Assembly: GCF_009914755.1 (NCBI RefSeq)
Contig: NC_060940.1
Length of the DNA: 64,000 bases
Strand: one strand, 5' to 3'
Origin: the human T2T-CHM13v2.0 reference genome, Homo sapiens
How positions within the stretch are numbered: position 1 is the stretch's first letter; the number at the start of each line of letters is the position of its first letter. The notes beneath the pieces are model-generated. The model worked only from the letters and a program-made list of their open reading frames with translations, had not been told where the DNA came from and did no database searches. Positions 14,113 through 27,793 of the stretch are shown in pieces. The translations under genes were made by a program, and so were the position numbers.

Positions 14113-14852
14113 ACAAAGGGGATTTCTCATGAGAGCCAGTCACACGAGGGCAGAGACTTTGGTTATCCTCGCCCTGGTAGCTTCAGCATCTGCGCTGCAT
14201 GTGGTAGGAGGCTTGATCACTTCTGAACAAACACACCAATGAGTAAATGAACGAGCGGCCTCACAGAGCAGCGATGGGGACTTTCTGATGAAGACCAGGT
14301 TTTCAGACGGCGGGAGGCCTTGGCTTTGAGGTGTCAGTGGGTGCAATGGTTAATATGGCACTGATTTTAGCGAGTGCCGACTGCGCAATGCCATATCTTT
14401 TAAAGGGCACTATAGAATCCCAGAGTTATTGAGTAGGAAGGAAGCCTGGACACTCCTCAGTCCAACTTCCTCACCTGCAAGGTGACAAAACTGAAGCCAG
14501 AGAGGAGGAAGGATTCACCCAGGTCCCCCAGAGTCAGCAGCTAAGGAGAGTATAGAAACCAGGCTTCTGACTTCCCAGCCAGTGCTCCACTGAGACCCAG
14601 CTCCCCTCCCTCTATCATCATCTCCATCATCCTAATCTCAGCCACGACTCCCATGACCTTGGACTCTTCCTGCTTGGCTCTATGTTCAGCATCTCACATA
14701 CATCAACTCATTTAATTCTCTCAACAACCCAGTGCTTTACATAGAATCCTTATCTCCATTCTACAGGTGGCACAACTGAGGCTCTCAGATAATTTCCCAA
14801 AGGTCTGACAGCTAGAAAATCATGTAATCTGATGCTTAAGCCAGTGCTCCAA

Positions 14853-15117
14853 GCCAGAGGTGAGCAAACCATAGTCTGTAGGACAAATCTGGCCCATCAC
14901 CTGTGACCACAGCCAGATTCTGCCACAAAAACAGGAGAATTCTCCGAGAACACATCCAGTTTAATTACAGCACAGTCACACTCGTTATTCAAAGCATCAT
15001 CTCCGGCTTTCTTCCCTGCTGCAATGGCAAAGCTGAGTAATTGAGAGAGACAGTAGGAACTGAACAGCCTGAAATACTTGTCATCTGGCCCTTCATGTAA
15101 ATGTCTCCTGAACTCTG
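14853..15117. mobile_element. MER58A (hAT) with an internal non-consensus segment of about 55 bp
   Basis: caga ggtgagcaaac...aaatctggccc...cagcctgaaatacttgtcatctggccct. Confidence 0.7.
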
Positions 15118-15399
15118 CTCTATGCTGCCGATACTATATTATCTATTCTATTCAGTGTATATGTTATCATTTATATCAAACGTTTAAGGGCTTTGTATCT
15201 ATAATTTGAGAAATGTTTACATTTGATTCTCAAATGAAACCCACCAACAATTAATTTACAAGGAAACAGGTACTTCTTGAACATGATGGCCTTCCCCACT
15301 GTGTTTCTATTTTCACAGGGATGTTTTCAGACTCGATGATCCCAAAAGTGATCCCATTAGAAGAAGAAGGAAAAAAAAATAAAAAAGAAAGAAACAACC

Positions 15400-15640
15400 T
15401 CCGCCCCTGCAACCTCTTAAACGGCCCACAACATCTGAATCGGAAGGTCCGTTCATGCTGATTTTCTACGTGTCAGGAATTTCATGCCAAAAAGCGACTC
15501 TTCTACATTAATAACGCATCTCCCCATCCAAGACAGGAAATAACATTACAAAAGCCGGAAAGGACATCAAACGCGCTGGCTTGGCAGCCACATGTATATG
15601 TGAAATTACTGTCAGAGTTCAAAGGCAGGGCTGAGACATG
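15400..15640. promoter_or_regulatory. Candidate enhancer
   Basis: Unique-looking, CpG-retaining; TACGTG, TTGGC, CTGTCA, TTCAAAG and ACATCAAA motifs. Confidence 0.3.
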
Positions 15641-16861
15641 GAGGGTGCGTGCGGCAGTGTTACCCCATGATGCTTTTACCTCGTGGGAATAAGCACAGTG
15701 GCAGGTTACTGTGACCTGGCCACTGGCTTCCTGATACCCACATTGATTCTGGCACGTGGGACTGCAGGGCTGGATTTGGGTGGGCTTTGCAGCTCCCCAT
15801 ACATCCTACCCCAGCTCAAGAGCCTCACACGTAAAGCAACCTTTCCAGGTTTGGGCAGCCCGGACCAGTGCCTGCACCCAGGGCTGGCCAATGCTGCAGA
15901 GCTGGCTCTTACTGAGCACTGCACTAATTATTAAAGCATTGCCTCAGGACTCTTGCACAACCTTGAGAAGTAGGAGCTATCATGCCCCCTAATTCATGGA
16001 TGGGGAATTGAAGATGAATTGAGGTTACTTGATGTGCCCATTGCATGGAGGAAGTGGAGGAACCAAGGTTCAAGCCCAAAGATTCCATCACTCACAACTA
16101 CCAGGCTTCACTGCTTCAATGTGGAAGCTTCCTTGGGAGATGCAGCCAACCACGCCCAGGCAAGGTTGGACCTGAAGGTGTGAAGAGCTCACCTTTCTGG
16201 TTAAGGCAAGTCACTGAGCCCCATTTGGAGATGGAGTTTGCATCAATCTTCATGGCAAGAGGGATCATGACATGAATGAGAGGGCAGCAATTTGACCAAA
16301 GGCTCTTCTAGCTAGACAGGTAACTTGGTTTATCCTCCTGACTCATTAAACTGCCTGGTGAACTCCTATGCATTCTTCAAAACCCAGTTTAAACATTCCT
16401 TTCACCATGAAGATTTCCTTGCCCCATAAAAAGTCAATCAACTCTTTCTTTGGGCCCCTGAAGTGTATGTGTTGTGAGTGCTTCTGTCTTGACACAGACT
16501 GCTTTGCCTTGAATGTGTGCAGCTCGCTGTCTGTATAGTACATTCATCAAGGACAGGAATTGTGTTCAATGTGCCTGTGGACACCAGCTTGGATTAACAG
16601 GAACAACGCTAGTAACACCCAGCGCTAGTTAATCACGTACTCTGTGCTGCGCACTCCTCTAACGGGGTCATGGGCTCTAATCCTTAAAACACCGTAGGAG
16701 GCTGCTGTGATTATTATTCCCAATGGCGAGGCGTGTAGGCTCTGAAGCCAGGCCACCTGGGTTTGAACCCTGGCTCTGCCTGTGACCTTGAGTGAGTTAC
16801 TCAGCCTCTCTGTGTCTCGGGATTCTCAGTGACATAGGGATCATCACAGCAGTCACCCAGT

Positions 16862-17245
16862 GAGGGCTGGAGCCAACTCCGGCAAGAGCTAACTATTAAA
16901 GCTTAAAGAATTTTGCCATCGTTAAACATTACATTATGCACACTTAGAGTGGAGTAAACTATATTTAAAACAAACGTAATAAACACTCAAAAGTCATCAC
17001 TTCCTAATTATTTCCCCACATTTTACTTTCCTCCCTGCCCTTAAGGATACTCACGTTTCCACTTTGGTGGAAATACGGAATAACGATGAGCTTGCACACT
17101 GCTTCCCAACTTTATGTTCAATGGCCTCACACTGGTTGAAATGAGACGTAAGGAGGGGATTTACACCATGGAGACTGGCAAACGCTATAACTCAGGGTTT
17201 TTTTAACCTTGGAAAACCACTTGTTAAGCATTCCCCAGCACAGCG
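16862..17245. mobile_element. hAT DNA transposon remnant (MER63-like)
   Basis: gctggagcc start, aaaagtcatcacttcctaatt internal text, ttgttaagcattccccagcaca end; subfamily uncertain. Confidence 0.5.
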
Positions 17246-18609
17246 ATGTAACCACCTTATAGCAAGCACACAGTAAGCTGTCAATATGCATTAGCTACTA
17301 TTGCTATTACTACGAAGAAGACAGAGCTTAAATCACTCACCCAGGTTATGAAAGATCCAGGTATGACCCCAGACATGACAGCTCCCTATCCCTTAACCAG
17401 CTTGAACTCAAGGCAGACCACAGAGGAGTGGCCAAGAAATGTATTTGGTTGAATAAACAAACATTGAATTAGTAGATCTCAAATCTGCTGGCCGCAGAAG
17501 TGCCTGGGGAGCTTTGTATGGACACAGATTCCCACAGTATCCCTTGTGGTAGGCTCCAGAGTGTGCATTAGAGCGAGTGCGTCGGGTTCTGATTCTGTCC
17601 CTCCCCATAGCCCAGCCCCATCCCTGTCTTGCTTGTTGCCCGCTTGTGACCCATCTTCCACATCTGCCTTCCTGCATCCCTACGGGGGTGAGTGGGAACT
17701 GTGAGGTGGAGAACCGCATAGGGCAGGGGCCCCTCTGTGCACAGGCCTTAACCAAGAGAGGGCTTGAAGACTGAACACCGTTGCAGGCAAATTAGAAGAA
17801 AACCTGCCTCCTCCAGCAGACACTGACCGTGGTGTATAGGCAGCCAAGAGAGGCCGCAGCTTACCTGGGCTCAGAGGCCTGCATATATCTGAGTCCACGG
17901 TAACAAAAAACAGGCTGTGAGCGTGCACTGCACTTGCAAATTCACAAAATGCTGCCACATTCCTTCTCCTTTCATCTCACGATAACCCCATGAGATCAGC
18001 AATGGATGCATAAAAATAATCCCCCGTTTACAGATGAGGAAACATGTGACTCATATAGCTCAGAGCTGCTCATGCCTGGAGCCTCAGGCTTCAAAGCTGT
18101 GTTTTTCCTTCAAAAGTGGGTGTGAGGGAGAGAAGTGGAGAAGATGGGGGCCGGAGTCCCGGAAAGTCAACGTTTATGCATTATGTTGGCTTTGCTACCC
18201 ACTAGCTGTGTGACCCTGGAAAAGCTTCTTAATTTCTCTGTGCCTTAAGTTTGCACCTTTGAAAAACCTAAGAAAATGATTGGCAGCCTCCTCTTATGGT
18301 TGTGGTGAATTAATAGATGTAAAAATGCCTCTTAGAATGTTGCACTGGGTGGGGTTCAATAATGGAATAGACAGGAACCACAGCAACAGCTATAATGATA
18401 TTGTTGCCTTTATATATCTTGTGGCATTTCCGGGCTATTATTTTTAAAAGGCAGGCTATTGAGCTATCTGGGATAGATCAAGTGACGGATACGTAGATGG
18501 GAAGTCAAGGAGCTCTAGACTGGAAGTTGGGGACCATGGATTGAAGACCTCATCCAGTCAACAGGTATTTCCTGGACACATACGATGTGTCCAGTCCTCT
18601 GAAGGTCCC

Positions 18610-18937
18610 CTCTGACAAAGTGGCTGCATGGAGCAATAGCTACGACTGTGACCCCAGGGCCACACAGACAGGGTCTATGTCTGCAGCTGATGGGCTCACG
18701 GCCTTGCTCTAGTCCCTTATCTCCCTGCATCTGTCGTCCCGTCTGTAAAATAGAATGAATCAGAAAATAAACAGCATCTCTCTGACTCAGTGGCTGCATG
18801 GAGCAATAGGTAAGAGTGTGACCCCAGGGCCACACAGACAGGGTCTACATCTGCAACTGATGGGCTCACAGCCTTGCTCTAGCCCCTTGTCTATCTGTAT
18901 CTGTCATCCAATCTGTAAAACAGAATGAATCAGAAAA
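18610..18937 (+). repeat. Diverged 170-bp tandem duplication (2 copies)
   Basis: gtggctgcatggagcaatag...tgtgaccccagggccacacagacagggtcta...agaatgaatcagaaaa at 18620 and 18790. Confidence 0.93.
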
Positions 18938-19009
18938 GAAACCCCATAAAGTATTTGTGAGTATGGAGTTTTTAAATGAGATTTTGTCTGTAAGATGTTT
19001 TAGCCTGGG

Positions 19010-19197
19010 GCAGCAGCTTTCAACCCTGGCTATACATTAGAATGACCTGGGATACTTTTTTAAAAATGCAGTTGCATAGGTCCCACCTCAGAGCAACTGA
19101 ATTAGAATTGGAATTTCTGGAGGACAGAAGAAAGACTTTGGTTATTTTTTTTAAAGCTCTTTGGATGATTCTAATGTGTAGCCAAGGGCGAGAACCT
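19010..19197. mobile_element. MER5A
   Basis: tttcaaccctggctatacattagaatgacctggg...gattctaatgtgtagccaagggcgagaacc. Confidence 0.8.
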
Positions 19198-19609
19198 GGG
19201 CACTAGGTCCTGCTGCAAAGGGCTCCATAAAGCCATCCACTCATTCATTTTCTCATGAGACAAACTTTTTGGGACAGTATGTCAGGCACTGCTTTAGTTA
19301 TTAAACAAAACAAAGCCCCTGCCCTTGCGGGGTTACATTTGGTGGGGAGGAAGTCAATAAATACACAAATTGATGTGTGATATAATGTGAGCTAGGAACA
19401 CATGCAATGAAGAAGTGAAAAGGAGGATGGGGGCTGCTGAGGGATAGGGGGGCTGTTAATTGTATGGTGTGGCCGGTGAAGGACTCCTGCAGGAGGTAGA
19501 ATTCACTGAAATAATAGACCTGAACGAAGCAAGTAAAGGAGCCATGAGGGGATATAAGGAAGGAGCATCCCAGGAAGGAGGAAGAAAAGGGAAAAATGGT
19601 GGTTGTTGT

Positions 19610-20175
19610 GTCATCATTGTTTTCATCATCATCATTATCATCACCATCATCCCCATCCCCATCCCCATCATCATCATCATCATCCCCATCATCATCACCA
19701 TCATCATCATCACCATCATCACCATTATCACTATCACCATCATTATCACCATCCCATCATCATGACCACCACCATCATCATCATGATCATCACCATGATC
19801 ACCATCATCATTATCACCATCATTATCACCATGATGACCATCATCATCATCACCATCATCCCTATTATCGTCATCCCCATGATCATCACCACTACCATCA
19901 TCATCACTATCATCACCATCACCATCATCGCCATCATCACCATCACCATCACCATTACCATCACCACCACTATCACCATCAGCATTACCATCACCATCAC
20001 CATCACCATCACCATCACCATCACCATTACCATCATCATCGCCATCATCACCATCACCATTACATTCATCATCGCCATCATCATCCCCTTGATCATCACC
20101 ATCATCATCATTATCACCATCATCACCATCACCGTCATTATGATTGTTGCCTTTGTTGTCATCATCATCCTCGTC
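19610..20175 (+). repeat. Degenerate (CAT/CAC)n triplet repeat
   Basis: About 560 nt of catcat/caccat; source of poly-H/I/S/M/D pseudo-ORFs. Confidence 0.97.
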
Positions 20176-20686
20176 AATCCTTTGCACGACCTCCTTAATC
20201 TCTGGTAACCCACTTTCTAATCTGTGAAAACCTTTTAATAAAGTATCCTTGATGCTAGAGTTGCTGAATCATCAGTCAGAGACCTGAGGCATTGACTCAC
20301 AGGGCAAGAACAAACTCAAAATATCTTTGAAATCTTTTTTTCACTCTTAAGAAATATGAACATATGTACCATATTCTATAATACCTTCATGTGTGTGTTC
20401 ATGTTTTTTGTTTACTTTCCATGAGTCGAACTGACATTTTCAGGAAGAAAGCACGGCATTAGAAGCCATGTTATAAAGATTGTGGATTCTGGAGTTGAAT
20501 GGTACTGGTTTTGGGCCCTGGCATTGCCATTCACTGGTTGAGTGACCCTGAGAAACACTTAAAACTTCTTGAACCTCGATTTTCTCACCACTAAAAGTGG
20601 GTGATTATTATAGCCATGTTAGAGAATATCTGTGGGGATTAAATGAGATAATGCATTTAAAACACTAAAAATAGTGTCCAGTACTC

Positions 20687-20987
<301 letters not shown>

Positions 20988-21032
20988 CTAGTATCAATGT
21001 TTTCTTTTTTATTTATGTGGGCTTTACTAGTG

Positions 21033-21034
<2 letters not shown>

Positions 21035-21069
<35 letters not shown>

Positions 21070-21142
21070 ATATTATATATATATATATCTCATATTATAT
21101 ATATATATATATCTCATATTATATATATATATATATATATAT
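21035..21142. repeat. (TA)n microsatellite with three ctcatatt interruptions
   Basis: Higher-order unit (TA)n-ctcatat read directly. Confidence 0.95.
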
Positions 21143-22299
21143 CAGCATTTGTTTTCTTTTAAAAATGATGCATTGAATTATTTTCATGAAAGTCAATTGA
21201 CAGTTTCCAGGGAATTCTGACATGCAAGAATAAAAACCCCTTCTCAGCAATGGGGCAGACTTGGCTTTGTGTCTTCTTTTAGCCATTGTCCTTCCTGAGA
21301 CAAGGAATTCTAACAGAAGTAGTTTATTTGGGAGGAGATGCCAGGAAACATCTGTAAAGGAGCAGGGAGATGAGACAGGGAAGACGGCCAACAAAGAGAT
21401 CCTTACCCAGGCATTTACCATTTTGGGCAACTAGAGCTCAGCCCTCCTGGGGACTTCTGTGAAACCATGGAAAGGATGCCTCAGCGTTGTTTTATCTGAA
21501 GCAAGGGAGCTGAGATATTTATGCTCCCAGGGACGTTAAATCCCTGGCATGATGGTCTGCCAAGCATGTGGGGCAGAGCAGGCTCCAGCCACCAGAGAAA
21601 ACTTCCAGCTGGGAGATCTTGGTGCTGGGAATGGTGAGGGCTGAGGAACAAGAGCTGCCCCACAGAGTCTGTTCCCATCTGTAAGCCTCAATTTCACTCT
21701 CTGTAAAATGGGAATATTTAGAGCACCTAACTCATGATATTTTGGGTGATAAAAAACAGATTATGATTATAAAGCACAATAAATGCTAGCTGTCATAGCT
21801 ACCACTGTGTTTATCCCTCGGACTTCTTGTAACCTCTGCCGTGGGACTGGACATCCTAAAGGTCAGAGTCTATGTTGAGGTCAGATATGGCACAGTGAAG
21901 AGCAACGTCTTCTCAATCAAGCAGGGCTGGGTTCAAGTCTCAGCTCTACCTCTGACTGGGGAACCTGGAGCAGTGAGTCAAGCTCTCCTAACCTCAGTTT
22001 CCTCTTTTGTAAAATAAAGTAGATAGAACCACTTTACAGGGTTATTGGAAGAGCTAAAAGAGATGTTGCATAAAATCATCTTGAACAGTGTCTCTTCAAG
22101 CTTGGAAAGGTGATAAAAATTAATGTTTTCCTAAATTCTCCTTCCTTGGTTAACCACTTGGCTATGAAGATTTTATTGGCTGGGATGAAGAAGGAGGACT
22201 AAGAAAAGAAAAGTCAGAGAGAGGAGAACAGGAGGAAGATAAAATGTAGACACACGCTCACATGCACACACACAAAGACACACATACACACACACAGGC

Positions 22300-23010
22300 A
22301 AAGGCCAACTGAAGGGACCCCGTTAGCATATAAACAAAAGGTGGGGGGTAGCCCCGAGCCTCTTCTCTGACAGCCAGTGGCGGCAGTGATGAATTTGTGA
22401 AGTTATCTAATTTTCCACTGTTTTAATTAGAGACTTGGGCTCTGAGGCCTCGCAGCTGGCTTCTTTGTGCTGTATTCTGTTGCCTGACAGAGAAAAATGT
22501 CTCCTGTAACGTCAGCCAAGCTCTCCGCCAGACCTGAGCAAGCGAAACTTCTGGGATTCATAAACTTGTGGTTTCTGGGTAGAGTGGCGTTTAAACCAGG
22601 ACTCAGTGGGGAAAGGGCAACATGGCCAGCTCTTCTCCCCAGCGAATCCTCGGAACCAAGGTTGGGGTCCACCATCATCGAAGGGGTGCTGCGGAAAAGG
22701 CACGGCCCAGAAAGCCCCCTGAGGATTGTTCTGGGGGTCCTTGATCCTAGTCCATGTGAAATGGAGTCTCCTTGTGGCATGTAATTGAGCCCAGCTTAGA
22801 AAGGCCAGTGCTCTGCTTCTCCGAGACAGTGCCTTTGATTGCAGAGTGTGTGATCTGAGTAATTTAATTTATCGCTCATCTTTTGCCAAGTGATCTTTTT
22901 ACAATGCTGCATTTAATGACTCCACAGCTGGGGTAGAGGCTCTCCTCGCCCTCCCAGCTCTCTGGCTGCTGTCTTCCTGTGACTCACTTTAACAGGAGGC
23001 GGGTCAGGAG
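22300..23010. promoter_or_regulatory. Candidate developmental enhancer
   Basis: ATAAACA 22330, TGACAG 22368 and 22485, TGATGAATTT 22387, TTATCT 22403, TAATTA 22424, TAACGTCA 22507, TGACTCA about 22980; no recognisable repeat. Confidence 0.55.
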
Positions 23011-23305
23011 GTGCAGGAGGAGAGGGCGGTGCGGGAGTCAGGCATACCTAGATTCCTATCTTGCTTGTGCCATGTGGCCGGTGGGCACGGCCTGGGAAGA
23101 GTTCCATCCTTGAGCCCGTTTTCTCCTCTGCAGAGTGACAATCACACAAATATTGATTGGATAAGGAAGACACAGGGATTGAATGAGATCATGAATAGCA
23201 GAGAGGAAAGGAAATTGCTAACTTAGAAAACAAAATGGCCCCTGTGAGATTCCAATAGGCTTTGGGGAGGAAAATCCTCTAGCTGTGTTACAAATGCTTC
23301 ACATG

Positions 23306-23606
<301 letters not shown>

Positions 23607-26600
23607 TTATTTCCACTCATGTGTCTACAGATTGGGTGGGGAGCTCAGTCAAGTCAGGGTGGACTGGGCAAGGTGGCTCTGCCCAAGGTGCAAGCCCAGT
23701 TGGGCGTGACTTCTCACTGGTGGTTGAGCTCAGATGTGCTCCATGTGTTTCCATTCTGGGGCCAAGGCTGAAGGCACATCAACCACCTGGGGAATGATCC
23801 TCTGTGGCAATGGCCAAGCAGCAAGAAGGTAAGCTCCACTGCAAACTCATTTCAAACCCCTGCTTATATCATCCCTGCTAGCATGCCATTGGCCAAGTTA
23901 AGTACCAAGCCATATTCTCCAAGTCAAGGGATAGGGGAGTCTATGCAACCTACAATGGAGGAACTGAGAAGGTGCAAGGCAAAAGGAGTGGATACAGGAA
24001 GGAGAGGGAGATGAGAGTTGGGTCAATGCTTGGATCTACACGTATTCACATTTCACAGAAGAGAACACTGAGCTACAGAGAGACTAAGTAATTTGCCCCA
24101 AGTTGAAAATCTGGTAGAGAAGAACCGGGGTCAGCAAGTGTCCTGTTTCAATTATACCTCGTGATAGAGCTGGACAGTTGCTATTCTGGTGTCAGGTTTA
24201 ATCGTACAGACAGGAAACATGGACCCCAGATGTGATGATGGCATTGCCTTTGTGCTGCCTCACACCAAAATCTGATAGCAGAAATGACAGCATCAGAGAT
24301 GAGTCTGGTAGACTCTGGCAGACGTTGCTGGTTGTCAGCCCACCATCCAATCCCCCTTCTTACTTGCTGACAGAACCCCAGTTTTTTGCAAGTATTATGG
24401 GGAGGCAATGTGGACGGAAGAATGAATGAATGGGTGCATGAATCCTCGTTGGTCTAAGCCATTCATGGCCGTCCTGTTCTTTTCTGATGTGGTCATTGAG
24501 ACTTCTGGCCAATGAGAAATAATGAGAATTCTAATGGAACAGGAAGATGTCTAGTAAATACTTTCCTGATAAAGAAAGATTGTGAGGAGTAGTACAATCT
24601 ATCCCCTTCTTCCTGCTTGTGAAGCTGACTCATAAAGATGTGACAGCTGCCTTCCATTCATAAGGGAGATGTCACAGTACATGAGCAGATGGGAAAGATG
24701 AAAAAGATCTTGAGTCGCGAATGATATATGCTCAGATGCAAATTCCACCAGGGCAAGGACTGTGTTTATTCACTGCTCTACCCCAGTTCCTATACTGTGT
24801 CTCAACATAAGACACTCAAAAACATTTTGTTGCATGAACGAGTCAATGAATCACTAAACTTTTGAACCAAGCCTGGGACAACCTACCTCAGGTTTCTTTT
24901 TAAGTGAGATAATAATCCTCCTACTTAAGCCACATTTTTGGATGTTGTGTTCCCTGCAGCCCAGAGCTTCCTGGAAGTACATCTGGGAATATTCAGAGGT
25001 GAGTCTGGAGAATGGACATAACAATATCTACCAAACTCAACAATCCTCACCATGATGCTTAAGGAAAACAAAATGGCCTAGTCTATTCAAGTCCACCTCG
25101 ATTCCAGAGAGCTCTGAAATGTTGCCTGATTCTTCCCAGACTTCAAGCACTTACTTGAACACTCCTATTATGATGCCCATTTTGCAGAAAAGGACATTGA
25201 GGCTGGCTGGGTGAGATCAGCTAATGTACATAAAGTCCACAGCTCAAAGGGGTGAAGCTGTAAAGTGCTTCCTACATGTAAAGAGGGACAAGTGGTCAAG
25301 AGACTGGTGTCAGCTCCACTGAGGCTCTACATTTCACCGGGAACTCATCCCACTGGGCACCATGTTTTCACCTGCACCAAAGGGTGGGCTCTGGGAGGAA
25401 GTCCCCCCTGGTTCCCTCCAAGGGGAGACAGCAACAGACTGTGAGAAAGGGCCAGTGCAGGAGGCGGTGGGCATCCCTGCAGGGCTGGATATTGAAACAT
25501 TTCCATAAATAAAATTTAGTTATTTTAATCTAAATAGGCCGGGCACGGTGGCCTATTTAGGTGGCCTCCAGCCAGCAGGAGGAACATCCTGAGGACAGGA
25601 GCTGGGAGCTGCTTGGGTTGGTTCCCTGATCAGCAGGGATGACGAGAAGCTTCTGGCAGGTCTGAATTGAGAGAAGAAAATGGGTGAGGGAGAGACAGAG
25701 AAAAGCAGGATGACCCTGACAACCCCACTAGGTCCCATTCTCAGCCCTGGAAGCCTCGCCAAAAGGCAGTTGTGGTAGGAAGACCCCAGCACTTTGTGTC
25801 AAGGTGGACTGAGAGAGGATCACTGGCTCTGATGTCTACCCCTAGGTGCCCTGGGCAACTCATCTCTGAGTGTCACTTTCCTCATGGAGGTGGAATGGAA
25901 CCCATGGCCAAAGGAGGACTAAACCATCCTTCTGTGTGAACACGTGGCTTGGGTCCTGGCACCTGGGGAGTGCTCAGTGACTGAAGCCTGCTGGTCTACC
26001 CACGTCATCCCTCAGCCCATGCTAACTCTGACTCCTCTATGCCCACTGCCAGCACAGCCTGCATGCAGGCACCTCCCGCCGACACCCCAGGCATCCTTGC
26101 CCGACTGCTCCCCAGCCTCGTTCCCAGCCCTGGCGTTCTGCTGGCCCTGCGTTCAAGGGTGGTGTTCCTGATGTTCATCTACTGCTGTGGCATAGACAAG
26201 GGCTCCCCAGAGACCCCTCCTGTAGCAGGCATTGGAACCCACACTTTAGGGGCCAAAGTGTCCAAGGTGGCAAAGGAGGAAAGTGTGTAGAAAACTCAAG
26301 GCAAAAGCTATGCACCGGCCGGCCTGGAAATGTTTCAATATCCAGCCCTGAGCACAGCTGAACTGATGCGTGCAGGCTGTCAGACCCGATTGACTGTAGT
26401 GAATTCTCATAGTCCCTGCCTGGCTCACCAATTTCCCCATGAGGGAAATTGCCCTTCCCAACCTTAAGGCCACACAATTCAGTGGGACTGCCTCACCTCC
26501 AGCCCCAAGGTAGCCATGGGTCACAGTGATGGTATACTCAGGCCACTCCAAAGACAGTCAAGCTTGGAATACTTGGAGGACCTTGGGAGATCACCGAGCT

Positions 26601-27454
26601 GGTAGGATAACTAGAATTGCCAGTCGTCATGTTTGCCACCTTGGGAAGGGACTGGGTGGGGATACCTTTCTTCGGAGGAAAATAAAGGTTAGAGAAGGAG
26701 AGAGACAGCTTGCTGATCACATCGTGACATCTGGATCCAGCCAGACCTGAAGCTGTGCCCTGATGTCATCTGTCCAGCTGAGCCAATCATTCCATTTTTC
26801 AAGTGCCTCCTGCATTTGCAAGCAACCAGGACTTCACTGACAGTGGCTAGCTCCCTCCAGGTCCGTTGTCAGAGGAGCAATCAGAGCAGCTTCTGCTGGG
26901 CTGAATCCTGCTCAGTGGGTAAAGCTCATTCTTCCCCACAGAAGCCCCTCAAGCTAAGATACTTTTTCCAATAAAACCTGGGGCAGGGGAGTGGGCAATT
27001 CTGACACGCCCCTTTTCCTGTTTCGTTTAAGCCCATCTCTTTGCAGAGTCCTGCAGGCGACCATGATAAGGCTGGCAGCTGGATATAGGGCAAATGCTAA
27101 GCCTCTCCCCTTTCCAGTGACATGCCTAATTAAAATTGAGGCCTGAGGCCCTTGGACTTGAGAACATTAACCATGTCCCACTATCGGATGGGGGAGTTCA
27201 CACACGTCCCACCAGGAATGCACAGAAATCGCGGTTCCGGGAGCTGGGGCATTCAAGTTCACCATCTGTCCCAGGGGCTGTTCTGAAATCAACCCCCAAC
27301 CCACTTCCCTCTCAGGGGCTGGTTGAAGGCACTTTCTGCCATGGGTGTGATATGTGGCATGACAAGGGTCTTTGTGGAAAAGGATGTTAACAGAGAGAAG
27401 CACAGCCAACCTGCATGGGGGCACGCTTCATGCTTCCCTAGCATCCGCTGGCTC

Positions 27455-27750
27455 GTTCTCTCGCACTCTCTGTCCTTCTCTCTGCCTTGGTCTCTGTCTC
27501 CTTTCCTCTCTCTTGTCTCCCTCTTTTCATGTGTTTTTCTCTCTCTCCACTTCACACTGTCCCCACCCTTCCCTATCTTGCACCCTTTCTGTTTCTGTCT
27601 TTCTGCTTCACCCTGTCTCCTTATCAATACCTGTAACTTGTCTGGGTGTCTGCCTGTCTGTCCCAGATTCTCTCTCTCTGGTTCCCTGTCTTCTCTTTCC
27701 TTATTATTCCTGCTCCCTACTCTCTCTCAACTGCCTCCCTTTCTCTCCCC

Positions 27751-27793
<43 letters not shown>

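Noticed and set aside
19456-20213. Long ORFs encoding poly-His/Ile/Asp/Met
   Set aside because: Stop-free frames produced by the triplet repeat.
22386-22446. C/D-box snoRNA-like pair (GTGATGA ... CTGA)
   Set aside because: The terminal stem pairs poorly, I see no clear C'/D' boxes or guide, and no host gene; better explained as a PBX-HOX site.
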